Origin: Phaeosaccion multiseriatum
Taxonomy: Eukaryota > Protista > Ochrophyta, other classes
Direction of reading: 5' to 3'
Assembly (NCBI GenBank): GCA_965112735.1
Contig: OZ218954.1
Span: 1-64,000 of the forward strand
DNA length: 64,000 nucleotides
Part shown: positions 21,595 to 32,790 of the stretch, one piece after another
Position numbering within the stretch: the stretch's first letter is position 1
Layout: every line of letters starts with the position of its first letter
Notes under the pieces: generated by a model
Told to the model about the DNA's origin: nothing
What the model saw: only the letters and a program-made list of their open reading frames with translations
Database searches by the model: none
Translations under genes and position numbers: made by a program

Positions 21595-24500
21595 CGATGC
21601 CCCGCCGCTACAGAGTCGGTAGCAGCGGGGCCCGGAGCCCTGGGGCGGGGGGGGGTGGTAACGGCAAGTAGTAGGGCAGTAGATACGGGAGTTAGAGAGG
21701 GTAACAAATCACATAATGTAACACCTCATCGAGCTTGTGTATCGTCTTCCTTCAGCTTGCTAGCCACACCTCCTCCCTCCCCGAGGGGCGAGATTCACAC
21801 AGTTGACAGCGGTAGGCCCGTTGACAGCGGTAGGGGGTGGGTTGATGGTGAGGGGGTGGAGCAGAAGGCGGAGAAGGCGAAGGAGGCGGAGGAGGAGGTG
21901 TTACGATATAAGGCATCCCAATATGCCTTCAGTATTATCCAAACGTTCGGATAATACTGAAGGCATATTGGGATGTCTTATATCGTAACAAAAGGTGAGC
22001 ACTGTGAGTCCTACCTTCACACCGGGGGGGTTGGTGCTACCGAAACGTTCGCTCCTAAATACTGTCCCCATACCAATACCAATTGCCAGTTCTTTTCCCA
22101 GGGTACCACCCTCAGGTATTTCACAGGCTCCCCCCCTCGGGAAATATCCATCATGCCGCCGGTAGGACTCGAACCCACATTTTGTTACGATATAAGGCAT
22201 CCCAATATGCCTTCAGTATTATCCAAACGTTCGGATAATACTGAAGGCATATTGGGATGCCTTATATCGTAACAAAAGGATACCAATTTCCAGTTCTTTT
22301 CCCAGGGTACCACCCTCAGGTATTTCACAGGCTCCCCCCCTCGGGAAATATCCATCATGCCGCCGGTAGGACTCGAACCCACATTTTGTTACGATATAAG
22401 GCATCCCAATATGCCTTCAGTATTATCCAAACGTTTGGATAATACTGAAGGCATATTGGGATGCCTTATATCGTAACAAAATGTGGGTTCGAGTCCTACC
22501 GGCGGCATGATGGATATTTCCCGAGGGGGGGAGCCTGTGAAATACCTGAGGGTGGTACCCTGGGAAAAGAACTGGAAATTGGTATTGGTATGGGGACAGT
22601 ATTTAGGAGCGAACGTTTCGGTAGCACCAACCCCCCCGGTGTGAAGGTAGGACTCACAGTGCTCACCTTTTGTTACGATATAAGGCATCCCAATATGCCT
22701 TCAGTATTATCCAAACGTTCGGATAATACTGAAGGCATATTGGGATGTCTTATATCGTAACAACGTTTCGGTAGCACCAACCCCCCCGGTGTGAAGGTAG
22801 GACTCACAGTGCTCACCTTTTGTTACGATATAAGACATCCCAATATGCCTTCAGTATTATCCGAACGTTTGGATAATACTGAAGGCATATTGGGATGTCT
22901 TATATCGTAACAGGAGGCGGCGGTGTGGGGTGTGGTAGGGGGCATGCCGTTGTGGCGGCAGCGAGCTTGCCGTGAGCCACGCCTTCCGAACCATATGCTG
23001 CGCATCGGGCGGCGGAAGCAGCAAGCGCTCACTCTGCGCGCAACAGCTGACGCCGCACGGGCTCGGGCGGCCGCGTTCCTACGTTGTGCAGTGGGGCTCC
23101 CAGCCGCTGGGGGTGCAGTCGAGGGTGCGGTCGTTGGCGGGTTGAGGGCTGCCCCGCTCACGTTGGTGGCGGTGGAGGCGGAGGCAGAGGCGGAGGAGGT
23201 GGAGGTGGAGGAGGAGGAGGAGGAGGAGGAGGAGGAGGAGGAGGAGGAGGAGGAGGAGGCGGAGGCGGCAGCTGACGCAGTCACGGCGGAGGCACAGGAG
23301 GAGGAGGCGGCGGAGGAGGAGGAGGAGGAGGAGGAGGAGGAGGAGGAGGAGGAGGAGGAGGAGGAGGAGGAGGAGGAGGAGGAGGAGGAGGAGGAGGAGG
23401 AGGAGGAGGAGGAGGAGGAGGAGGCGGAGGAGGCAGCTGCCGCAGTGACGGCGGCGGCACCGGAGGGGCAGGAGAAGGAAGAGGCTCAGCAGGCGACGGC
23501 AGAGGAGACGGAGGAGGAGGCGGAGGAGGAGGAGGAGGAGGAGGAGGAGGAGGAGGAGGAGGAGGAGGAGGAGGAGGAGGAGGAGGAGGAGGAGGAGGAG
23601 GAGGAGGCGAAGGAGGAGGAGGAGGAGGCGGAGGAGAAGGAGGAGGCGGAGAAGGAGGAGAAGGAAGAGGCTCAGAAGGCGACGGAGGAGGAGCAACCAA
23701 TGTCGGAGGGGCTGGAGGCGGAGGAAGAGGCGAAGGAGGCTAAGGAGGAGCCGACGGAGACGGTGGTGGATTACGGGCACGAGGCTCGACAGACTGGTGC
23801 AGCAGCCGATGCAGCAATAGCAGCAGCGCTCTTCGGGGCTGAGCTGCAGGCAGAGGTTGAGGCCGCTGCACAGGGGCCGGCATGCGGGCTGGTGGGGGCG
23901 ACGGCGGAGGCACAGCGGCGGGTCTGGAGGGCCCGACAGGTGGTGGTCATGCGGCGGTGGCGTGAAGGGCATGTGTTCCGCTGCCCTGCGTCTGCGGCTG
24001 CTGACGTGCCCCGGGGGGTCATGGCTCTGCCGCTCGGGGTTCCTCCATGGGAACAGTCTCTCCGTGACCCCAGCCTGCTTCGGGAGTGGGTGTGGGCGGC
24101 GCAGGAGTGGGTGATCAGCGACGCACAGACAGCTACGCAAGCTGCACAGCGCTGGGCGGCAGAGTGCGCGGCCGCTCAAGCGCGGGTGCTGACGTGGGCG
24201 GCCGAAACGTTTGTGATTCCGCCGGCTGGCCGTCGCGTGCCTTCGGGGGTGGGGGTTGGGCCTTCAGCCGCGAAGGCAGGGCGTTCTGCCCTGCTGGTCG
24301 ACGACTGCGATGATTTCGACGCGCTGCTCGCGGAGCACGTCACCCTGCTGCCGGAGTGTAGTGGTGCTCTTCCTGCATTGTCTCCGACGGCGAAGGCGTG
24401 CCGAGCAGCTGCGCTCTTGGCACCAGCTGCCGAATCGGTGGAGAGGGAGTGCGTCAGTGGGTGCTCTCTGAGTGCGGAGCGGGAGCCCTGTGAGGTGTGC

Positions 24501-27500
24501 GTGCAGCGAGCGAGGGTGGAGATGGCGGCGCTTTCAGTTACTGACGATACAGGGGCAGCGTATCTGCGGCGAGAGGCGAGGCGGAAGCAGATTGAGATGA
24601 CTCTGGCGATTAAGCAGACAGGGCGTACCGGGGTGACGGTCAATCCGCGTGGGCATACGGTATCAGTGGTGCTTCAGTCTGCCCTTCAATTGCGCGAGCA
24701 GCTGTCACGGGCTCCGGTGTCGCTCACGGTGCAGGCCTTGGTGGACACCGGCGCCACTCACACGTGTGCCTCACGTGCGACCTTTGATCGTGGCGTCGCC
24801 GCAGGGGTCTTTCAGGTGCGCGATTTGGCGGAGGAGCGAGTGGCAGTTCGGTACGCCACGACTCAGGCCGCTACTTCAGCCTCGCTCGGTCGGGTGTGGG
24901 TGCAAATCGCCCTCACGCCTACGTGTCAGCCGGTGGTGGCCATGTGGGTAGTGGAGCACCTCGCCCGTCCCTTGATATTAGGCCAAGACGTGCTCACAAT
25001 GGTGGGGGCGGTTACTGACCACAAGGTTCATCAGCTGTACGTGCATCCAACGGAGGCGAGTTCCTCGTCGTCGGAGCCGCGGCCGGAGGTTGACGACACC
25101 ATCGCCGTGGCCGCTGTCAGCTCGGGGGAGTGTCAGGTGCTGGCGACTGAGGCACTACGACTCGCCCCGGGCGGCAAGGCCGCGCTCGTGCTGGAGGTGG
25201 ACGGGGGTGTCGCAGGCGGACGTCTCAGTGTGGAGTTGGGTGCCAACGGGCCATTGCAGGCGCAGCAGGAGGCATTGTGGTGGCTGAATCACGAGCAAGT
25301 CCTGGTGAGTCGTGCGGCGTGCGTGGTCGGTGCCACGCAGCAGTGGAGCATCGGTCTACACAATCAGCATAATGAGACGATCGTCGTGGTCCCTGGGCAG
25401 GCTGTGGGCGTGGGCACGTATCTGCTGGCGGAGGAGGATCGGCGAGCAGCGGTGGAGGTGGCGTTATGTGAGCCGGCGCCTCTTGGTGCGCAGTGCACGC
25501 CGCTAGGGGCCCTTCGTCCGCTCCCGCGTCGATGGGCACGCTGGGGTGCGTCTCGTGGTGTGGTCGGTGGCGAGGAGCGTGGTGGTGGTGTCGGTGGCGG
25601 ACGTGCAGCAGCAGCCGGAGGAGGAGGAGGCGGAGGAGGCGGAGGAGGAGTAGGAGGAGGCTCAGAAGGCGAAGGAGGAGAAGGAGGAGGAGGAGGAGGA
25701 GGAGGAGGAGAAGGCGGCGGCGGCGAAGGTGGAGGAGGAGGACGTGCAGCAGCAGCCGGAGGAGGAGGAGGAGGAGATGGTGGAGGAGGAGTAGGAGGAG
25801 GCTCAGAAGGAGGAGGAGGAGAAGGAGGAGGAGGAGGAGGAGGAGGAGGAGGAGGAGGAGGCAACGACGGAGCGCCCCGACAGGCGTGGCTCGAGGCTGT
25901 GGCTTTGCGTGAGCGCTGGGGACGCGAGACAGTGGCCTCCGATCTGGTCGATGGGCCTGAGGATGTTTTCCGCCCTGTGCCGCTGGGGCCCGTGGCTCTG
26001 GGAGCTGTCCGCGCTCCGGTCGTGCAGGCAGTGCGGCCCGGGACGAGGGAGTCGGGCAAACACAGGCCCTGCAGGCCTGCTCGGCTGGGGCTCGGTCGGC
26101 GTCTACGGGTGGCGAGGCGGCACGTCTCACTCTCAGTGGAGGGGCCTTTTACTGCTGGTCCTAGCATCTTGGCTCGACACGCACGGGCTGTAGCGGCCGC
26201 AGCAGCAGCTGGCGGCGGCGGCGGAGGCGCAGCAGTCGCAGGAGGAGGCGACGGAGGAGGAGGGGGAGGGGGAGGAGGCGGAGGCGGAGGAGCAGCAGGA
26301 GGAGGAGGAGGAGGAGGAAGGGGAGGAGGAGGAGGAGGAGGAGGAGGAGGCGGAGGAGCAGCAGGAGGAGGAGCACCTCCCCTGTGCGTGTCTGAGGCCG
26401 GTGTGGCAGCGGTGGACGGGGGGCCCTCAATTGGCGACGCTGGACCTGGCGGAGGAGGAGGCGATGGAGGAGGAGCCAGCGGAGACGCAGGAGGAGGCGG
26501 GGGAGGCGGAGGAGGAGGAGGAGGAGGAGGCGGAGGAGGAGGAGGAGGAGGAGGAGGAGGAGGAGACGCAGGCGGAGGGGCACCTTCCCTGTGCGTGTCT
26601 GAGGTCGGTGTGGCAGCGGTGGAAGGGGGGCCCTCAATTGGCGACGCTGTGACGGGGGAGGTGGAGGTGGTGCCGACCACGGAGTCTCCCCAGGCCGCCC
26701 TGCATGCATTGCAGGATGACGTGACGGCTGGGCAGCAGGTTGAGGCTACTCAGGGCTGTCTGCAGGGCCCGACCTGGACTATTGACGAGCATGGTGCCTT
26801 GACGTTGGGCGGCACGGGTGAGGGACGGCAGGCGGGCACACGGGAGGCCGCTCAAAGCTTGATCGTGCGTGAGTGGGCGCCTCGCCTCGCAGCGAGTGGG
26901 CAGGCGCGGCTCCGTACGTGTTTGGCGGCTGCGGAGGTGGGTGCAGTTACGGCTCTCCTGCTCCTCCGCCCACACGTGCAGCAGACGCAAGGGGGCCTGG
27001 AGGGTGTCGATGATGTGGTGGTGGCTCAGTGGTTGGAGCAACTCTTGTCCATGTGGAGCAGTCACTCGTTGCTGAAGCAGGCCGGTGTGGAGACGGAGCT
27101 GAACGCAGCACTGCAGTTGTTTCTCACCATTCGGCGGCTACTGTGGCAGTGTCGTGCCCTGCGGGCGGAGGTGGGAGGGTTGGCAGGTGGTGAATGTGTG
27201 CAGCAGCAGAGGCGGCGGGCGCAAGCAGCAGTGGCACGGGCCAAATTCTACCAGGCGCAGCTGCCCCAGCACATGCACGCAATGACTATCGGTAATGAAG
27301 GTTGGACAGAAGCGCAGCGGTGGGGCTTGGTGGTGGTGTTGAAGCAGCGAGTAGCGGCCTTCTGCGTGGATGGGAGCGATTACGGCCGCACAGATTCGGG
27401 CCGGTTTGGGTTTCCGCTGCTGGACCCGAAGCAGCCGCCAATTCGGAGTGCGGCACGGCGCTACCCTCCTCCGGTCCGGCGCGGTATTGAGATTGAGTTG

Positions 27501-30500
27501 AACAAGATGTTAGCAGCAGAGATCATCCGGCCCAGCACAGCAGCCTGGGCCACTCCACTCATGGCCGTGTTGAAGACGGACGAGCACGGCAACACCAAGT
27601 GCCACGAGGACGGCACTCCGATCGTGCGGATGACGTGTGACCTGTCGCAGCTCAATGACGCGTGCCGCACGGAGGCGCCCGCCATGCCAGTGGTGGATGA
27701 TTTGCTGGCGGAAATGCAGGGGTCTACGGTCTTTTCGGTGATGGACATCATGTCTGGCTACTTCAATGTGCCCATGGCCACCACGGAGGATGAGGACATC
27801 TCTACATTTGTCTGCCACAGTGGCACGTACGCCTGGAGAGTCATGCCACAAGGAGCGAAGAATGCACCCGCCACGTTCGTACGCCTTATGAACACGGTGT
27901 TGCAGGGCCTACAGGCATTCGTGGCGTGCTTCGTGGACGACATTGCAGTTTTCTCCGCCACGGTGGATCAGCACATTGGCCAGTTAGACCAAGTTCTCGG
28001 CAGGATGGTGCAGCACAAGCTCAAGCTGGCGCCGAGCAAGGTGGTGTTGGGGGCATCTCAGGTGCGCTTCTGTGGGCATTTGGTGGATAGTGAGGGGGTG
28101 CGGGCCGATCCAGCCAAGTATGCAGCAGTTCGAGCGCTGGCCAAGCCCACTGCGCAGTCAGGCAATCAGGTGCGACAGGTCAGGCGCTTTGTAGGCATGC
28201 TCAGCTACTTCCGCAAATTCATTCCGGCGTTTGCCATGAAGGTGCGGCCGCTCAATGAGCTCTTGCGCAAAGGGGTGGATGTGCGGTCAGCGTGGGGGCC
28301 GAGGCACGACGCGGCGTGGGAGGGGCTCATCGAGGACCTGCTCCGCTCGCCCGCGTTGGCCTTCCCTCACTATGGCTCGGAATCGGTGTTCACGCTCAGC
28401 ACCGACGCTTCAGCAGACGGGTTAGGGGGTGTGCTGTCGCAGCGGGATGCCCAGGGGGTGGAGCGAGTCGTGACGTTCATCAGTCGTGCCACTACCCCCA
28501 CGGAGGCTCGGCTAGGCAGTACGGAGCTCGAGCTCTTGGCGGTGGTTTGGTGTGTGCGCAAGTTGAGCATGTACATTTGCCACCATCCCTGCACGGTGGT
28601 GACGGACCACCAACCATTGCTGTGGCTGGCGACGCACAAGGACACCAACTCCAAGCTCTTTCGGTGGTATGAACGGCTCTCTGCTCATCATCTCAAGTTT
28701 GTCCACAAACCGGGGCGGGAGCTTGTGGTGCCTGACTGCTTGTCACGCGACCCCTTGCCTGTGACTGAGTGGTGTGATGCGGTGGGAGTGGAGGTGGCGT
28801 TGGTGGATGTGGTGGGTGACACCCTCGCGTTAGGGTGGGAGGATCCGGTGGAAGGTGCGGTGCTGCGGTTTGCTGCCGCGGCGCAGCAGTTGCAAGGGGA
28901 GGCGGTGGCGGCTCAGTCAGTGCCTATGGAGGGACTCTCGTCGGTCACGGCGAGACAGCAGGCGTCGGCAGGTTTGGAGGCGCTGTGCGTGGACAGTGTG
29001 GCGGTCGAGGCGCCAGGCGGCTTCGGGTCGGCTCGGCTGCAGCACGTGGAGCAGATGCGGCAATGTGGCTGGACTCCAGTGACCCTGTCCCACATCAACG
29101 AGAAGAAACGGGTGATAGAGGAGTGGTCTCAGCTGCCGCTGTTTCTCAGCCACGTGCCAGCAGCGCGGTGCACGTACATACGCACGGAGGAGCAGGTGTG
29201 GGACATGCGAGCGGCACTGCGGGAGGCGACAGTGGTGGCCATGGACTCGGAGTGGGCTATCCGCACTCCTCCTCGGCCGGCGTCTCTGCTGCAATTGGGT
29301 GTTCAGTATAGCGGCGTCGCCAATTCGGAGCGTGATTGTGGGTTCTGGGTGGATTTGGACAGTTTGAGTGGCAATGGTGGTATGGAGGCGCTGGCGGCGG
29401 TGCTGAGTGAGCTGTGGGGCGACGGGGGGATTATGAAGCTGGCGCATCACTGGAGTCACGACCAGCGTGCCCTAGGGAAGTGGCCGGCGTTGGCGCCGCA
29501 TGTGTGGACCATCGCCAACTTGGTCGACACGACGCATTTATTCAAGGAGGTGTGGCCTGAGCACTGCCGTCCCATTGGCTTAGCAGACCTGGTTAGTATG
29601 TTCCTGCAGCGTTTTATGAGCAAGGAGGAGCAGAAGACGGATTGGACTCAGCGGGAGCTCACTGCGGCCCAGCTCAGCTATGCCTTCGACGATGTGGCCG
29701 CATTACTACAGTTGTTGCCGAAGATGCGGGCTTGTGCAGTGCCGGTGCCGTCTGCGATGGAAGTGAGCGCGGTGGATAGCGGGGGGGCGGGTGTGACGCG
29801 TGCTGAGATGCGCGCAGGACAGTTCGTCTCTGCCGGGGTGGGGTATTGGGCCGATCGGGAGCACGCCAGTCCGCTCTTCATTTTCTCAGCGACCGCTAAG
29901 TCAGTGGAGATGATCGACCTGATCCTTCTTTCTTACCGACATCCCCAGTGGACCTGGACGGAGCTCATGGACGCAGTGGAGCAGTTCAGGGCGCGCTATC
30001 GGCCGGCCGCGGCGCGGAGGCGTGGCAAGCTGTCACTACCTCGAGCGGTTATGATCGAGAAGACGTGGAGTGCCATCGCCGCAGATACGGGCGGCTACTA
30101 CACCATGGTGACCCCCACAGAGGCCCAGCAGCAGTGGCAAACCCAAGGTGTGGCGTGGGACATCCCTGCCGCCGTCGAGGCCGCGGGCGTGGTGGGTGCA
30201 TCGACGGTGGAGGCGGAGCGGGGAGGAGGAGGAGGAGGAGGCGGAGGAGGAGGAGGAGGAGGAGGAGGAGGAGGCGGAGGAGGAGGAGGAGGAGGCGGCG
30301 GACTCACAGTTGGCGGCTCGGCCACGGGGGTGGAGGGACGAGAGGCTGGAGTCGCGGAGCGGGGAGGAGGAGGAGGAGGAGGCGGAGGAGGAGGAGGAGG
30401 AGGCGGCGGACTCACAGTTGGCGGCTCGGCCACGGGGGTGGAGGGACGAGAGGCTGGAGCGACTCCAGCGGCTGACACCGATGCCCATGCGGCTGCGGCG

Positions 30501-32510
30501 AGTGAGGCAGCAGCGCTGGCAGACGTGGAGGCCGCAAGGCAGGCTGCTACGCGGCAATTTGGGTGGTCCCTCCCTGGTGTTCCCCCGGCAGTGGGTAAGC
30601 AGTCGTGCGCAGCCCGCATATTGCATGGGGCTCGGACTTACCAGCCCGCGTGGTGGGTGAAGGCGCAGCAGCAGGACGCTGAGTTGGAGGGGTGGCGTCA
30701 GAAGGTCTTGGCAGCCTCCCCGGGCGAGGGGGTGTTCGATGCGGGCGGGGGGGAGTTCTCGCTCGATGGCGATGGCGTCCTTCGCCGCAAGTGGGCCCCC
30801 GGGGGGCGACGGTGGCGGGTAGAGCGAACGAGGTTGCAGCTCTGCGTCCCCAAGGCGCTCAGGCCGGCCCTACTGCATGCCACGCACGGCGATGCGGTCT
30901 CAGGCGGCCATCACGGGCCAGGGCGGATGCTGGATGCGCTGCAGGAGCGAGTGTGGTGGCCCTCCATGAACGGGCATGCGCTGTACTGGGCCCGATCATG
31001 TCTTGCGTGCCAGACACGCAAGACACCACGGAGGCGGCCTCCACAGGTTCCGCTCTCGTCCATATCACCGGCGGCTGTGAATGGGCCATGGGCGGTTATG
31101 GGTGCTGACGTGGCAGGACCTTTCCCCATGGCCATGGGGGGGGAGGAGTACATTTTGGTGTTTCAAGATTGGTTCACCAAATGGACAGTGGTGGTGCCAT
31201 TGTGCGCCAAGGACTATACAGCGGAGGGCATTGCTCGGGCATTCGTGCGGCACGTAGTGACGGTGCTGGGGGCGCCCAAGGTGCTGGTCAGTGACCAAGG
31301 GTCGCAGTTCACGAGCACGCTCATGGCCGATGTGCTGCGCGTGCTCCAGACATCACAAGTCTTCACTACGCCGATGCATCAGCAAGCCAATGGGCAAGTG
31401 GAGCGCTTCATGGCCACGATGAAGGACATGCTGGCGACGACAGTGGAGGCCCAGATGCAGCAGTGGCCTGAGTATGTTCCCGCGCTCACGTACGCGTACA
31501 ACTGCAGAGCTCACAAGACCACAGGCCTCTCCCCGTACTACACTCTCTTCGGTCGACACCCCCCGATTCCACTTCAAGCGATGCTGCCTGCCCTCGAGGA
31601 GGACGGCTCGTTCGAGACGCCTTCGGCATGGGTGCACGAGCTGAGGGCGCGGATGGCAGCGGCGGCGCAGGTGGTGACGGGCAGGCGCGAGGAGTATCGC
31701 AGCAGGCTACAGCTCAAGAACCGTGAGCGTCGCTGGCCAGCGCCGATGCCTCCTGGCACTAAGGTGTGGTTGTACCGTCCAGGGGGGGCGGCGCAGGAGG
31801 AGGGTGAGGCCATGGAGGAGCAGAAGGCACTGACGCTCAAGGCGCTGAGTCATGCTTGGGACGGACCGTTGCAAGTCCTGGCTTGGCCCACACAGCAGGC
31901 CTTCCAGGCGCGACATGGTGGCATACTCAACGACGAGCACTACGCGGTGATGCGCCGTAGCACGGTGTATCTGGATGTGCCGAGGGTCAGAGGCGGGGGA
32001 GTGGAGTTCAAGCAAGGGGCGTACCATAGGGACCTCACCAAGCCGTTCGTTGATGGGGTGAGTGGCCAGCCGGAAGGACTACCAGATGGGTTCGCTCGAT
32101 ACCACATCCGGTACTGCTCAGCCCACTGGGGTACTAGTGCACTGCAGGAGAAGCGTAGCGTGACCGATGACGAGGTTGGGATAGGGCGGGCACCCGAGCT
32201 GGCGCGGATAGTGAAGATGAGGTGGCGTAAGGCCACAGGGCAGCCCCTACGGCGTGAGTACTGTGTCCGTTGGGCTGTACGGGAGGGTGGCAGTTATCAG
32301 ACGTGGGAGTGGGACGATTGGCTCTTGCGGCGCGGGGAGAGGGCGGCAATAGAGGCATTCGAGGACTCCTTGGCGCCAGGGGCGTTGGACCCGAGCGTGC
32401 AGCGCAAGCGTGGGCAGCGGTCTAAACGAGAGCGCACCGTGCGCGCCATGTTGCACGAGAAGTGGGGGATGGGCATCGCTGCGGAGACGGCGCAACATTT
32501 GGGGTTCTAG
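21595..32510 (+). CDS. pol: Pol polyprotein of inner element, interrupted at 21899-22917 by a hairpin array: protease, RT, RNase H, DEDDy exonuclease, integrase, chromodomain
   Basis: Protease ALVDTGAT and ILGQD (~24730-24990), RT FVDD (~27930), RNase H TDAS (~28400), exonuclease MDSEW (~29240), integrase D-D-E, chromodomain RIVKMRWRK...EYCVRWA...TWEW (~32200-32325). Frame 21595-21898 joins frame 22918 onward once the insertion and its 5-bp duplication are removed. Confidence 0.92.
21899..22912. mobile_element. Hairpin-terminal mini-element array, family 2 (five 92-bp palindromes, four spacers), TSD GGAGG
   Basis: Palindromes TGTTACGATATAAGGCATCCCAATATGCCTTCAGTATTATCC...GGATAATACTGAAGGCATATTGGGATGYCTTATATCGTAACA at 21899, 22183, 22387, 22671 and 22821. 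GGAGG occurs at 21894-21898 and 22913-22917. Confidence 0.9.
22483..22507 (+). other. tRNA 3'-half-like sequence (T-arm/B-box, acceptor 3' strand, discriminator); reverse copies at 22154-22178 and 22358-22382
   Basis: GTGGG-TTCGAGT-CCTAC-CGGCGGC-A has a 5-bp T stem, a canonical T loop and a 7-nt acceptor strand. No matching 5' half or CCA was found. Confidence 0.65.
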
Positions 32511-32586
32511 ACCTTGCGGTGGTGGTGGTCGCAGAGACGGGATAGGCATTGGGGATGTTGGAAGGTTACGGGATAGGCATTGGGGA

Positions 32587-32786
32587 TGTTGGAAGGCCTC
32601 AGAGCGAGAAGGACCATAAGTCAATGGTCGGTGTGTCCTATATTACGTAGATTCTGAGTGGAGGAGAACGTCAGAACGGTGATCTTGGTATAAGGAGAGC
32701 CTAGCAGCAGGGCTTGCAAACGGGTTCCATCCCGCATAATATATCAAGGGTTACCACTTGTCTAAGCGGCTTAGGTCGCTTTTACA
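32587..32786 (+). repeat. 3' LTR of inner element
   Basis: Direct repeat of 19488-19687, preceded by a GGGATAGGCATTGGGGA PPT-like tract. Confidence 0.95.
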
Positions 32787-32790
32787 ACGC

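Larger units (their letters stand above)
19488..32786 (+). mobile_element. Complete inner Ty3/Gypsy chromovirus (13.3 kb), LTR-gag-pol-LTR, 4-bp TSD ACGC
   Basis: 200-bp TG...CA direct repeats at 19488-19687 and 32587-32786. ACGC occurs at 19484-19487 and 32787-32790. Domain order is PR-RT-RH-(exo)-IN-chromodomain. Confidence 0.95.

Noticed and set aside
22483-22507. Complete or permuted tRNA gene
   Set aside because: No complementary 5' acceptor strand, D-arm or anticodon arm could be found nearby in the right polarity.
21899-22912. CRISPR-like repeat-spacer array
   Set aside because: Repeats are 92 bp, the spacers are copies of one sequence, there are no cas genes, and the context is eukaryotic.
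23079-26709. Long antisense Pro/Leu-rich ORFs (also 7085-7666 and 30036-30660)
   Set aside because: They are shadow frames of GC-rich, GGA-repeat pol sequence.
32714-32790. ORF3/env-like ORF starting in the 3' LTR
   Set aside because: It is the displaced C-terminus of the outer element's integrase, and the LTR-derived N-terminus is fortuitous.
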